From Carcharhinus amblyrhynchos (taxonomy: Eukaryota), in contig OZ336874.1 in assembly GCA_965287045.1 (NCBI GenBank), positions 85,250,001 to 85,314,000 of the forward strand: a stretch of DNA of 64,000 bases, in the 5' to 3' direction. The notes beneath the pieces were generated by a model. That model was not told the origin of the DNA. It saw only the letters and a list, made by a program, of their open reading frames with translations, and searched no databases. Below, piece by piece: positions 13,359 through 25,121 of this stretch. Made by a program: the position numbers and the translations under genes. Positions within the stretch are counted from its first letter, which is position 1. Each line of letters opens with the position of its first letter.

Positions 13359-13537
13359 TAGAATCATAGAATCGCTAAAGTACTGAAAGACACCATTCAA
13401 CATATTGAGCCTGCACCAACAACAATCCCGCCCAGGCCCTATCCCCCTAATCCCACATATTTACCACACTAATCTCCCTGACACTAAGGAGCAATTTAGT
13501 GTGGCTAATCAACCTAACCCACACACCTTTGGATTGT
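13359..13537 (-). mobile_element. HE1-type (V-SINE) 3' portion
   Basis: Reverse-complement ATTCTATG tail plus ACACTAAGGAGCAATTTAGTGTGGCTAATCAACCTAACC V-domain sequence, homologous to 22340-22392. Confidence 0.75.
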
Positions 13538-13955
13538 ACTCCCCTTTTTACCCCAGAGACTGTTAACTTGATGTTTTCTTTTCAAGCCACCTAGCCATAC
13601 AGCAAAGCATCCCTTCTTTTCAAATGTACCAACTACTACCTGGAATCTCACCCTTTTCTGATCAGAGAAATTCCTTTTCAAACCACACAGAGAGCTGCCA
13701 GCCTTATTCAACTGTGTGGTGAGTCTCCTGTTCAATGACTACACACTGCTATATGTACGTGGACCCTGCAACTTAGAGTCCACCCAATACTTTGTTCCGG
13801 TAAGAGACCCAATTTTTTTTTTGTAGTTGGACTTCCTTAACTGGCACTTCAGTCTTTATTGTTGGTTTTCCTCAGCCTTCTAATAATCAAAGTGCAATAT
13901 TTTCTTGTCCTACTTAGGATCTTTTTTTGATGTTCTTGATTAAACGAAATCTTGA

Positions 13956-13965
13956 CTTGTCACCA
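13956..13965 (-). other. Probable Gypsy primer-binding site (tRNA-Ser type, CpG-decayed); LTR expected immediately to the right
   Basis: Minus strand TGGTGACAAG equals TGGCGACGAG with both CpGs deaminated, about 650 bp upstream of the gag ATG. Confidence 0.5.
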
Positions 13966-14324
13966 ATTTTCTTTTGGTAATGTCCTAACCGTGTTAGAGG
14001 TTGTGGGTTTTACGCAAAAAGCACAGATGTGGTTTGCACACATAGATTCAAACAAACAACAAGATTTATCGTAAGAGCTGTCACCTGTACAGAGTAGAAA
14101 CTGAAACTAAACAAAAGCCTCTGAAACACTCCCATGCCATCACCGTAGAAGTATGTGACCAGCTCTTAAAGCAGTCATGAAACCACTTAAATGTATAACA
14201 AAGACATTGTAAGAGAACAGGGTGCAACAGTGCCCTGGGTTCAGTGGTAAGGATACAGATGTATGAAAGGGAAAGCTGAGGCAAACAAATCCAGAGCTCC
14301 ATAACTGGGAGAGAGACAGAGATT

Positions 14325-15000
14325 ATGATGAAGAAGCAAAAGCATGTCTATAACTGATGTCAAATGGAGGCACTAGGGATAGCTGAGGTATTGAATGAAT
14401 ATTTTACGTCTATATCTGGAAAAAGATGTTACCCAGTGAAACAAAGGGTAATTAATACACTAGAAGGAATTAAAATGGCTAAGGAGGAGGTGTTGGATAG
14501 ATTGTCTGTTCTTAAAGTTACTAAGATCCAAGGACTGGAGGAAATGCATCCAAGGACATTGAGGAAAGCAAGAGTGGAAATTGTAGAGGCATTGGCCATA
14601 ATTCATCAGTCTTCCTTCAACCTAGGTACGGTTCCAGAAAACTGGAGAATGGCACGTGTTATATTCTTGTTCAAAAATGAATGTAAAAATAAGTCCAGCA
14701 GCTGTGGCCTGTCAGTTTATCTTCGGTGGTGGGGAAATTCTAGAGACAATAATTGGCGCAAAAATTAATTGTCACTTGGACAAACACAGGTTAATTAAGG
14801 AAAGCCAGCACAGAATTGTTAATGTAAAATTATACTTTGCTGACTGTTTGAGTTTTTTAAAGAGGTAGTGGTAAGGGTTGATGTTGTTGTGGTATACGTG
14901 GACTTCCAGAGGTGATTGATATAGTGCCATAAAACAGACTTCTGAGCAAAATAGGATGTAGCTGATTGTAGAGAAGTTGGAATTAGCTTGGAGTATGAAG
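14325..15000 (+). mobile_element. Old CR1 ORF2 fragment
   Basis: IAEVLNEYFTS…GLEEMHPRTLRKARVEIVEALAII…VPENWRMARV; frameshifted further on (VVVYVDFQ). Confidence 0.85.
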
Positions 15001-15033
15001 AAATCAATGTCCAAGTTCAGAATCCATTAGAGA

Positions 15034-16413
15034 AGTACAAGCCTAGTTTATTCAGCCTCTCCTCATAGCTCAACCCCCTCAACTCCGGCATCAGCCTAGT
15101 AAACCTCCTCTGCACTCCCTCCAAGGCCAAAATATCCTTGCATAAGTACGGCGCCCAAAACTGCACACAGTACTCCAGCTGCGGCGTCACCAATGCCCTA
15201 TACAGCCGCAGCAAGACCTCCCTACTTTTATATTCAATCCCCCTCGCTATGAAGGCCAGCATCCCATTTGCCTTCCTGACCACCTGCTGCACCTGCAAGC
15301 TGGGGGATTTTTGCGACTCATGCACAAGGACCCCGAGGTCCCTCTGCACCATCGCCTGCTGCAGTTTTTCGCCACGTAAGTAATAGTCCTTCCTACCATT
15401 ATTCCTACCAAAGTGGACCACCTCGCACTTGCCAACATTAAATTCCATTTGCCAGCTCCTGGCCCATTCGCCCAGCCTATCTAGATCCTTCTGCAGACTC
15501 TCCACACCCTCCGCGCAATTTGCCGTTCTGCCAATCTTGGTGTCATCAGCAAATTTCGACACCATACACTCGGTTCCCTCCTCCAGATCATCTATATAAA
15601 TGGTAAATAGCTGAGGCCCCAGCACCGACCCCTGGGGCACTCCACTAGTCACCATCCGCCAATCCGAATAGCACCCATTGACCCCCACTCTCTGCCTCCT
15701 ATTTGACAACCAATCCTCTATCCACGCTAACACCCTACCCCCAACTCCATGTCCCCTGACCTTCTGCAATAACCTCTTGTGAGGTACCTTGTCAAACGCC
15801 TTCTGAAAATCAAGAAACACCACATCCACTGGCTCTCCTCTATCCACTGCCCTAGACACATCCTCATAGAACTCCAATAAATTTGTCAGACAAGACTTCC
15901 CCTTAACGAAACCGTGCTGCGTCTGCTCTATCAAGCAATTCCCCTCAAGATGCCTCGCTATTTCCTCCTTGATGACGGATTCTAACATTTTACCTACAAC
16001 AGACGTTAAACTAACCGGCCTATAATTCTCCGCCTTTTGCCTGGCACCCTTCTTAAACAACGGCGTAACATTAGCCGTTTTCCAATCTTCCGGCACTTCC
16101 CCGGAATCCAGCGACGTTTGGAAAATAACCACCAAGGCATCCACTATCACCTCCGCCATTTCCTTCAGACCCCTCGGATGCATTCCATCCGGTCCTGGGG
16201 ACTTGTCCACAATCAGTCCCTCCGATCTGTTGAGCACCACCTCTCTAGTAACAATAATGTCATTGAGACCCTCCAGCCCTACCACCTTTCCATCTCTAAC
16301 ACCCGGCAAATTATTCACGTCCTCCTCCGTGAAGACCGAAACAAAAAAGTTATTCAAGACCTCAGCCATTTCCCCATCCCCTACCACTAAGTCCCCCTTC
16401 TCATCCTCTAAGG
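15034..16413 (-). mobile_element. Young CR1 ORF2 reverse transcriptase segment (uninterrupted, about 460 codons; both ends truncated)
   Basis: KSPGPDGMHPR, NYRPVSLTS, QHGF, LDFQKAFDKVPH, GVPQGSVLGP and FADD motifs; no stops; CpGs retained. The ORF-track ATG and stop come from flanking DNA. Confidence 0.95.
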
Positions 16414-16485
16414 CAGCCATGATTGATTGGCAGAGCAGACTTGATGGGCCGAGTGATCCAGTTTTGCTCCTATGTCTAATGGCCT
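16414..16485 (+). mobile_element. Old CR1 3' tail remnant
   Basis: CAGCCATGATTGATTGGCAGAGCAGACTTGATGGGCCGAG…GCTCCTATGTCT matches the CR1 3' hairpin/tail pattern. Confidence 0.65.
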
Positions 16486-17240
16486 TTTATACCAATCTTG
16501 AAATAGAGAACTTATTTCATCATTTTTGTAGCTAGTTTAACAGGAATTCACAACACATTTTTTCAAAGATGAAAATCTCAGAGAAGATTTTGAGATCTGA
16601 TGCTCTTCATAAAAAGTCTACGCTACAGTCCTGTCTTCCAAATTTCAAAGGCAGCCTTCCAGCTGAGACGCTGTCTGGACTCTGCACTCTTCCCACTCTT
16701 TAAAAAGTTTTAAAGAAATATGTACTTTCACTATCCTTTCTGTTTTTTTCCCATGTTGCATCATATTCTATGTCAATAGAGTGGATGGATGACTTTCAAT
16801 CAGGTTCTCTGCAGAAGGCATATTTAGGAGGAATACCAAGTGACCCTCCTGTTAATCAGCCCTCCACTTTGAAGGGAGGCATTCTCTTCATCTCCACGAT
16901 GACAAGGCTGAATTGGTAATCCAGTATGTGGGAAATGTAATCCTTTCTGAACCCACTACTCTACATGGTACACATACAACCTACTGCTTCTTCTGTTAAG
17001 TTGAAAATTGCTAGAACATATTAATCCAATGTTTTGGATCAGATTTCCTATAGAAGTGACAGAGGCTAAGAGTACTAACCATTATGAAAGTGCAAACTGG
17101 ACAATTACTTACCTGCACAGTTAAACAAGCAAATCAAGAAGTTGCTTTCAATTAATCCTACTCCTCCAAGAGCTTCACTGTATTATGTTGCCAAAAGACT
17201 CACCACTGAAACATACTGTACAACATAATGCTGAAATGTT

Positions 17241-17870
17241 CAACATGTTGTTGAATCTTTGTGTCTTGCACTCATCAGGTCAATTTGCAAGAACACCAAA
17301 TGTAGGGGAAACAGCAATTTATACTTCAGGAAAAGAGAGTACTGATTGGTTAATGGTATGTGGACTCTGAGTGGTAGAGATATTGCCATTGAGAATGCAC
17401 CAGTTAACTGATGACTGACAGTTAAATGCCAACTTTGTTTATATTCAAACCAAGCAGATTGACTCCAGTTGAGGGCCTTGGGGAATGAACCAGAGAATGG
17501 CTGTCATCTATTTTGTTTAGCCACAATAGATGCAATGTGTGTAAGTATTCTTTCTATCTGAAAAGAATAGCATTCTGTGTATTAATACAAGTAGCTTCTA
17601 ACACATGTAAATATGCCGCACTGTGACCCAACTCATAAACTTAAATTGGTTGTCAGTGTAATTCTTAGCACATTCAGGATTGTTTACCAAATATAAAAGT
17701 AAAATACTGCTGATGCTAGAATCTAAAATAAAACCAGAAAATGCTGGAACATCTCAGTAAGTCTGATAACATCTGTGCAGAGAGAATGGAGTTAACATTT
17801 TGAGTCAGGATAATCTTTCGTTAGAGCTCAAATTGTTTAGCAAATATTGTTCAACTGAAGAATCATATTT
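17241..17870 (-). mobile_element. Penelope-like element 3' end with decayed hammerhead core
   Basis: Reverse-complement homolog of 18230-18590. The minus strand has CTGATGAGTGCAAGAC (CTGATGA at 17272-17278). Confidence 0.65.
17695..17831 (-). mobile_element. Second Penelope-derived short element nested in the previous one, about 16-bp TSD
   Basis: Flanked by ATTGTTTACCAAATAT (17679-17694) and ATTGTTTAGCAAATAT (17832-17847). Body AAAATACTGCTGATGCT…GAAAATGCTGGAACATCTCAG…GAGAGAATGGAGTTAAC. A short piece of the same family lies at about 19328-19362. Confidence 0.65.
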
Positions 17871-18229
17871 AATGTTGCAAAATGTTATGAGTTTGGCAAG
17901 CATGGGCTGGTTGCATACGGTTAAATCCTTGCCTGATATGAATAGCCAAAGGGACATTGTTGTTTTATACGATTGGCCAGTCTTTGGATTGTGCAGCCTA
18001 CTTCCTGAGCTTTGTATTGGCACTGAAATTTATATACACATTGCTGACTTGTGCGATAGGCAGAATGCCTTTTTGGCTTGACGGCAACATCCTGTTAATG
18101 GTAAATAATACGTGTGTTGCTACTGCACAGTAGCAGTGTGAAACAGCTAACTTTGCCTGTTTTAAATTTTTGAGATTCCTTACCCTTCCATGATATCTGG
18201 TTTAGACTGGCCACTAGACCAAAAGTTAA

Positions 18230-18600
18230 ATGTATTAATACACAAGGCCCTGTTCTTTGCAGATAGGGGTAACATACACACATTGCACCTGTTTCAACTA
18301 AACAACAGGTGACAGCCATTCCCTGATTCATTTTCCAGGTCAATGTCTTGATAAATTAGAGTCAATCTGCCTGGTTTAAATTTAAACAAAGCTTGGCAGT
18401 TAACTGTCAGTCATCAGTTAACTGGGGCATTCCCCATGACAATGCCTCTACCAATCAGAATCCACATGTCATTCACCAATTAGCACTCTTCTCATAAAGT
18501 TTAATTTGTTGTTTCCTCTATATTTGATATTCTTGTAAATTGCCCTGATGAGTGCAAGACAAAAACTTCAAGATGTGTATTTTTTTTCAGCAATTCGCAA
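18230..18600 (+). mobile_element. Penelope-like element 3' end with decayed hammerhead core
   Basis: Encodes the GIY-YIG C-terminal-like INTQGPVLCR, followed by a terminal region with CTGATGAGTGCAAGACAAAA (CTGATGA at 18545-18551). Confidence 0.65.
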
Positions 18601-20574
18601 GTTCTGTACTGCCAAACAACTATTTGTATACTGTGCAAAGTGAAGTTGCTGTAATTAAGCAGTAGTTATCTATTAAATTCACCAAAAGTGGGGAGGGCTT
18701 GTCCAGTCAACTGAAAGTATATTTTTGGCAGGCTGTTACTGCCAAGCAACCTCTCTGGCATTGAAAATTAACTTTCAAAAATATGTCACTATTATTGGAG
18801 ATCTAAAATAATAAAAATGATTTATCAGAATTTATTCTGATGATTGAGTCTCCCTCTCTTAATTCCATTCTTCTTTATTTTGCTTTCTTTACATTATTTG
18901 GCAATGAATTAAATATTCCATCTGGCACTTCTTCAGATTCTGTGCTGTTCATTTAGCAATTCTTCAACCTGATCCAACTGATTGATTAAGGAGATATATT
19001 GCTGCTATCATTTTCATACGGGTCCTAGATCTTCTGTAGAGGGCACTGTGCTGAAACAGCACTCTCATTACAGCAAATTCCAATACAGGATCTAATAAAA
19101 AGACCAAGTGCAAGTGTAACAAATAACTGGCAGTTATTTTGCCTCTGGAAACAAAGCCCTATCCAGTGTTGCACATAGGGAATCTTATCAAGTGCAATAG
19201 ATTAGGAGGCAGAAAAATAATTACCAAGTAAATTACTTTGTATACACATATGGTTAAACCAATTTTTATTCCCAAACAGACATGGTTAGAACTTACAATA
19301 TGTTGCATAACAGTACAACATCAGTATATAAAAGCAAAATAGTGCAGATGCTGGAAATCTGATATCAGGACATTATCAATGAAAAGGTTTTATATACTGA
19401 ATATGATCTTGATTGTTTATAATTTTTAACAACATGGTTGTCCTCCAGAACTATACACACAGCTTTGTTTGTAACAATTCTTGGAAATAATGACATTAAT
19501 AGAAGATTTTGTCATTGTAATAAAATGCTTTAAACTTCTTAAGGATCAAAAGTGTTGACAGTCTGATATTTGCTGATGATTTTTAGTAATCCAAATGACA
19601 GATTGCAAACATGCATTTCATCAACTGATGTTTAAAATTGGGTCTATTAATCCAGCAGTTCTGAATTTGCAGCAGCATTTGCTAATGCACTTGAATTATT
19701 TATCTATATATGTGTTTGTCAGCTTTGCTGTGTGAAAATATTACTTTTCAGATTCTTAATCCAGTTTTATTATGATGAATAAAAGTCATATCCAGTGACT
19801 GAAACAGAACCACACTGACTAACCACTAAATTGAGCTTCAATCAGTTTCATAGTGAGGACCACTGTGAGTTCTGAATAAGCCTGAGCCATGTTAGTATAA
19901 TGAATCGTCTGCCTTTGACACCTAAGATGCCCTTTACTAACCAAAAGTGTGAATAGTTTAGTGACAAGATGACTAACAAAAGCCAGGTTCAAGCATGGCT
20001 GCAGGTAGTTTCATTTATTAAATAGATCTTTATTTAATTGGCCATATCAGGTCAAAATCTTGAAAAGGTTAGTTACTTCTAAGTGGTTATTTGTACAAAT
20101 CTTACTGATCTACATCTTGTCATAGTCATTCATCATCCTGTTTAATAATCATGTTCTCTCTATGTATGTTTGGAATTCCTGCACAAAGTAAGCACTTTTT
20201 AAGAAGTGAAATATAGCTCTTAGCTAACTATTGTAAAATTAATTAGATAATCCTATGTAAATCCGACCCAAAGAACTCGTACTTCAGCCTTGAACTAAAG
20301 TACTATTAACTTCTTCATCTGCTGCTGGTGTAGAGACATTGTTCTCTCTAATTTTACTTTAATGACCAGTTACACGTGGTCTCTTAAATTAAAACCATTA
20401 TATAAATAAATATTAGCTTAAAAGAGATAGCTATGATTTTTCTTTATTCATTACCTTGGAAAGCAATGGAAAACACCATAAGGAGCAGAAATACATGAAC
20501 TCATTTTCATTTATACCACACAATGTATGTAGCTGAAGATTTTTGGGCCTCGGACAGTACCATGAGGAACTTCT

Positions 20575-20830
20575 GTATCAATGTCCTGAGGCCTCCAACA
20601 GCCACAACTCTCTTCATTTGTGCTAGGAATTAATCCAACCAGTGGAGAGTTTTCCATCTGATCCCATTGACCTCAATTTTGCTCAGATTCCTTGATCCCA
20701 CACTAGGTCAAATGCTGCCTTGACATAAAGGGCAGTGACTTCTGCCTCACCTCTTAAATCCAAATATTTTGTTCAAGTTTGGAGCAAAACCTCAATGAGA
20801 TCAGAAGCAAAATGCCCCTGGTGGGCCAAG
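20575..20830 (-). mobile_element. LINE RT fragment, same family as 4713-5655
   Basis: Minus-strand translation RGEAEVTALYVKAAFDLVWDQG…AKLRSMG. Confidence 0.65.
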
Positions 20831-21036
20831 CAACAGAATGGTCGGATGTAGGCTTATTCCTACAATCCTTTAGCAGCAATCGCACGTTAGGAGTGAGGGA
20901 GAAAAGAAAATCAGGCCATCACTCAGACTGTTGTTACCCACTTTTGTTAAACAGCTTCAGCAGAAACCAGAAAAACAGGTCTTCAATTTACTCATAGCCA
21001 AAATTAATGGTCTCCCAAGAACTGTTCCCACAACTA

Positions 21037-21353
21037 GGAGAGGTAATGTGGTGTTATCACTGAACTAGTAATCCAGAGACCTAGGGTAATGCTCTGGGGA
21101 CCCAGGTTTGAATCCCACCGCAGCAGATGGTAAAGTTAGAATTCAATAAAAATTTGGAATTAAAAACCTAATGAAAATCTGCTGTTCTTACCTAGTCTGG
21201 CCTACATGTGACCTCAACTCCACAGCAATGACGTTGATTCTTAAATGCACCCTGAAATGCCCAGCAAGCCACTCAGTGCAAAGGCAGTTAGGGATGGACA
21301 ACAAATGCTGACCTAGCCAGGAGTGCCCACAGCCCATGGATGAATTAAAAAAA
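21037..21353 (+). mobile_element. tRNA-derived SINE (MetaSINE/SlmI-like), internally deleted
   Basis: B box GGTTTGAATCC at 21105-21115, core AATCTGCTGTTCTTACCTAGTCTGGCCTACATGTGAC…CAAGCCACTCAG, LINE-derived tail and poly(A). Superfamily name from recall. Confidence 0.7.
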
Positions 21354-22392
21354 TCATAGCATTCTCTTGGATAAGTTTCGAACAAAGTGTCTTTTCTAAG
21401 CTCACAAAATGACTGTGACAACATTTTACTCCTTTGGTAAAGTCTTCCCTATACAACTAGTGTTGCCTTTTGCTGCAACACATTGATTTTAGTTCTCTGT
21501 AGGGAAGTCTTCTGTCATTGTAAATACTCAGCAGTAGTTGTTCAAAATGGAGTGAAGTAATAAAGACAATGTGAAATCAGAAAGGTTATTTAAAGGTGCT
21601 TGCAATGGAAGGCATGAATTGAAATTCTTAGTAACTTCAGGCACTCTCACCTTCCTGCTTCCATGACCCAAAATGATTGACACTTTCAAGAATAGATCAA
21701 GATGGTTGTATGTTGCTCTTTTTTACAAAAAAAACAATTTATTTGGAATTGAATTTGGCTCCAAAGTGTCAACTTTATAAATGTGCATTACTGGCAAGCA
21801 GTCTCATCCGCCAGCTGTGCATATCGTGGCACTGAATCGCCATGGAAATTAATCAATGCAAGAGCATTACAGAGTACCCACAATGTTCTGCTATTTGCAG
21901 CCAGCTTGGGAATCTCCCATCCATAGTTCTCATTTGGAAAATTAGACCTGAAAAGTTTCATCTTCATATATTTAGAAACAATAAGAGTCACTGCACATAG
22001 CAAACTTACTGTTCTTTCAGAAATCATAACTATCTGTTGGCTTATAACCATATTCCCAGATCTTTCTTCCACCAGAAACACCTGTCTTCCAAATCTTAAA
22101 ACAGTCAGTTTCAATGCCCATTTGTGTTGAAAAGATTCAATTACAGCACTACCACTGCCTCAGAACAAATTGGATCTAAAATCTGTGATCTACATTGTAA
22201 CTATGTATCTGTAAAACAGTGGTTAGCAGTGCTGTCTCATTGCACCAGGCAACAGTTTGATTCTAGCCTTGAGTGACTGAAGTTTACACATTCTCCACAT
22301 CCCTGCATGGGTTTCCTCCAGGTGCTCTAGTTTCCTCCCACAGTCCAGAAATATGCAGGTTAGGTGGAATGGCCATGCTAAATTGCCCCTTA

Positions 22393-23067
22393 GGGCCCTA
22401 TGTCACTATTTTAACTCTAAGTGCTCAGCAGACTTAAAACTGGGAGTGTTTCAGACCCAGCTTTTAGACCCATTCTCAGGCACCCCCATGCGCACTCTGC
22501 CTGAAAAAATAGCAGCGATTCGGAATTGCACTGCAGAAGTCTGTAGGCGGGGCTTAACACACCCAAAACAGCAGCTCTGATCGGAGCCTTCAAATGCACA
22601 CACGCAGTAAAAAAAATTCAAAAACACTCCGCTGCCACATCACTCCCAGGCCAGATAATGCCTTCTCCCTAGCCCCCACAGACATTGCTCTAGCACCACA
22701 ACATCACTGATCCACTTATTCCCCCCACCCACCCAGACTGATTGTGGCCTCCTGCCCACCTTCCCCCCCACCAATCACACATAGAGTGGCAGCAGAACCC
22801 CCCCTTTCCCCCCTACCGATCACATGCAGATTGGCAGCGGAACCCCCCCTTCCCTCCCACTAGCCACATGCAGTGTGGCAGTGGACCCCCCTCACCCCAC
22901 CAATCACACACAGAGTGGCAGCAGAACACCCTTGCCCCCACCGACCACTTGCAGGTGGCAGTGATTCCCCCCCCTACACCAGAGAGCCATCTGAGCCGCC
23001 TCCCTCCCCTCCCCTCTGTTCCACCTCCTTGCCCCCCCCCCCCCCCCCCCCCACCCCCCGCGCGCGT
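22393..23067. mobile_element. Non-autonomous DNA element (PIF/Harbinger-like) inserted into the SINE
   Basis: Begins GGGCCC and is flanked by TTA at 22390-22392 and 23068-23070. The right TIR is not recognisable. Confidence 0.5.
22763..22975. repeat. Minisatellite, about 5 copies of a ~42-bp unit, followed by a poly(C) run at 23032-23059
   Basis: Unit CCCCCACC(A/G)ATCACA(C/T)(A/G)CAGAGTGGCAGC(A/G)GAACCC is visible repeatedly. Confidence 0.85.
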
Positions 23068-25121
23068 TTAGTGTCCAAAGATGTAGATTAGATGGATTAG
23101 CCATGGTAAATGTGTGGGGTTACGGGGATAGATCAGAGGGGACGGTCTCAGTGGGATGCTCTTTTGGAGACTCGGTGCAGACTCGAAGGAGCCGGATGGC
23201 CTCTTTCTGCACTGTAGGGATTCTATGATTCTATGGTCGAGAAATTACTGTTGTCACTGTTAGGTAACACTAATGTAACGACTTAATCTTTCCCCATGAC
23301 ATACCTCTCCCACTATTTAATACAAACATTAATCATTTATTTTAAATAAGTTGATGTCGTCATTAAAATATTAGACAAAATATCATGTAAATACATTTTT
23401 TTAATCTGTTAGTATTGATGATTTGGGGGCTCATATTTACTGTGGTCATATATTTAAATTACTTTCAATATATTTTAATGTTTAGAGTATTTTCAAAAGT
23501 TGTTTTGCAACATTGTAGGTAGCTCACTGTCAAAATATTGGTGATTATGTTTCAAGTCACATACATATTGTTGGAGGAGATGTGGCCCCAGGCTGAGTGT
23601 TTCTCCCTTACTGTATAACCTGTACTCGTATGTAAATAAATGAAAATGAAGCATAATTAGAATCTGTCACCGAGAAAAGCACAAAGTGTTCATTTTTGTG
23701 AAATTACTTTTGTTCTTCTGGTGATAAAAATGCATATTAGTAGGATCAGCAGGTGATTGTTTGACATTTGTTGATGGAATTATGGAGGTATATCTGTGAT
23801 CATTAAATATAAAAATGTATATATCAATAATATGAGTAAAACTGATTAGGCTGAAGGTTTCATCGCTGAAGATGCTGTTAACATTTTAATAGTGCAAATT
23901 ATTAGGAACGTAATATCCACAAATATTCACCACCAGCAAAGTAATACATTTTTCTTAAATCAACTATGAATAGAAATTATTTTTTCACCAAGGACTTTTA
24001 TTTTATCCATTTTGAATGCTTCATAATACTGACATAACCAAATAAATTCTAAATATGATTGCTTTTAAAGCAAATGAGTCTGTTCTGTTTACATGAATAC
24101 ACTTAGCAAATTCCAGACTGGTTGGCAGACTTTATTCATTTGCAACTCAGCTGCAGTGGTCATGGCTTGGACCTACTTGAAACTGTCTGTATGATGGTTT
24201 GAAGCACCAGCTCACCGCAGATCTGTGAAGGCTGAAGAAATCATTGATTGTATTGCCCTACAAAAAAAAATCGACCAGAGCTTCAGATTGGATATAAATT
24301 ATGAATAACTTCTGTGAAAAATGGAAGTTATAGAAAGATCATTCTTGTAAGTTTAGTGGGATAAGAGATGTGAACACAGAGGCGTTAACTGGAAGATTAC
24401 AAGTTTATGAAGTTGACTGAAGGCAGTGACTAATAGTGTCCATAAATCCTAGATAGTTGGGTTGATTCCCCTTTTTTTCTTTTTTCAGTATTGTTCATTA
24501 ACACAGGCTAGCAAGAGGTCAATCTAATAAACAGAAGGTCAACACATGCACCATCCGTGTATAGACGTTTGTAGAGCAATAAAGTCATAAAAAAATGTAA
24601 CCCTGAGGGTGGGTGACTTGAAACAGGGAGAAAAATTATAGCAAACAAAGGTTTATTTTTGTGTCCATTGAATCCACACAATCAACCTCACAAAAATTGC
24701 TTCAGCTAATTTTATCTTTGTATAGGGAGGCATAAGAAAATTGTCACAATGTAATATCTCAATCTTATATTTTAAAATGAAAAGTTACCTACTACAGTGT
24801 GTTTCCAAAGACAATATGTATTTTATATTTAATAACTAATAACTTTTTCACACTGCTAATGTTTAAGAAGAATATACCAAGTTAACTTTAATTGGGAACT
24901 TATATGGCAATGATATAATTAGTTATGCAACATTAAAGCAATATATAGTTCAGGGATGATACTGATCATTCTTTTCAATAACGACTGCCACTTAAGTATA
25001 AGCTCTTTTTTTGAATACCACTATGTTCACACGAGGAAAAATATTTGTACAATTTTTTTTCAGTCTTTTAACTTCTGTTCGTGTATCACATCAATGTCCA
25101 GAAGGATGAAGGGCACTGTTT

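Larger units (their letters stand above)
22216..23235 (+). mobile_element. HE1-type (V-SINE) SINE split by an inserted element
   Basis: 5' half CAGTGGTTAGCA…GGTTTCCTCCAGGTGCTC…GCTAAATTGCCCCTTA (to 22392) resumes as GTGTCCAAAGATG (23071) and ends in a CR1-type ATTCTATG tail. Confidence 0.85.

Noticed and set aside
15017-16420. 467-aa ORF as a domesticated or host gene
   Set aside because: It is an internal CR1 ORF2 segment lacking the endonuclease and C-terminus, with start and stop supplied by flanking DNA; openness reflects youth.
19033-19055. CTCF-like TGTAGAGGGCAC next to a REST half-site
   Set aside because: Imperfect, and it appears to lie in an old interspersed repeat in the methylated half; no support for function.
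22763-22975. CRISPR-like array
   Set aside because: Tandem degenerate units without unique spacers, in a vertebrate genome with no cas genes.
22742-23104. Proline-rich and glycine-rich ORFs
   Set aside because: Translations of the minisatellite and poly(C) run.
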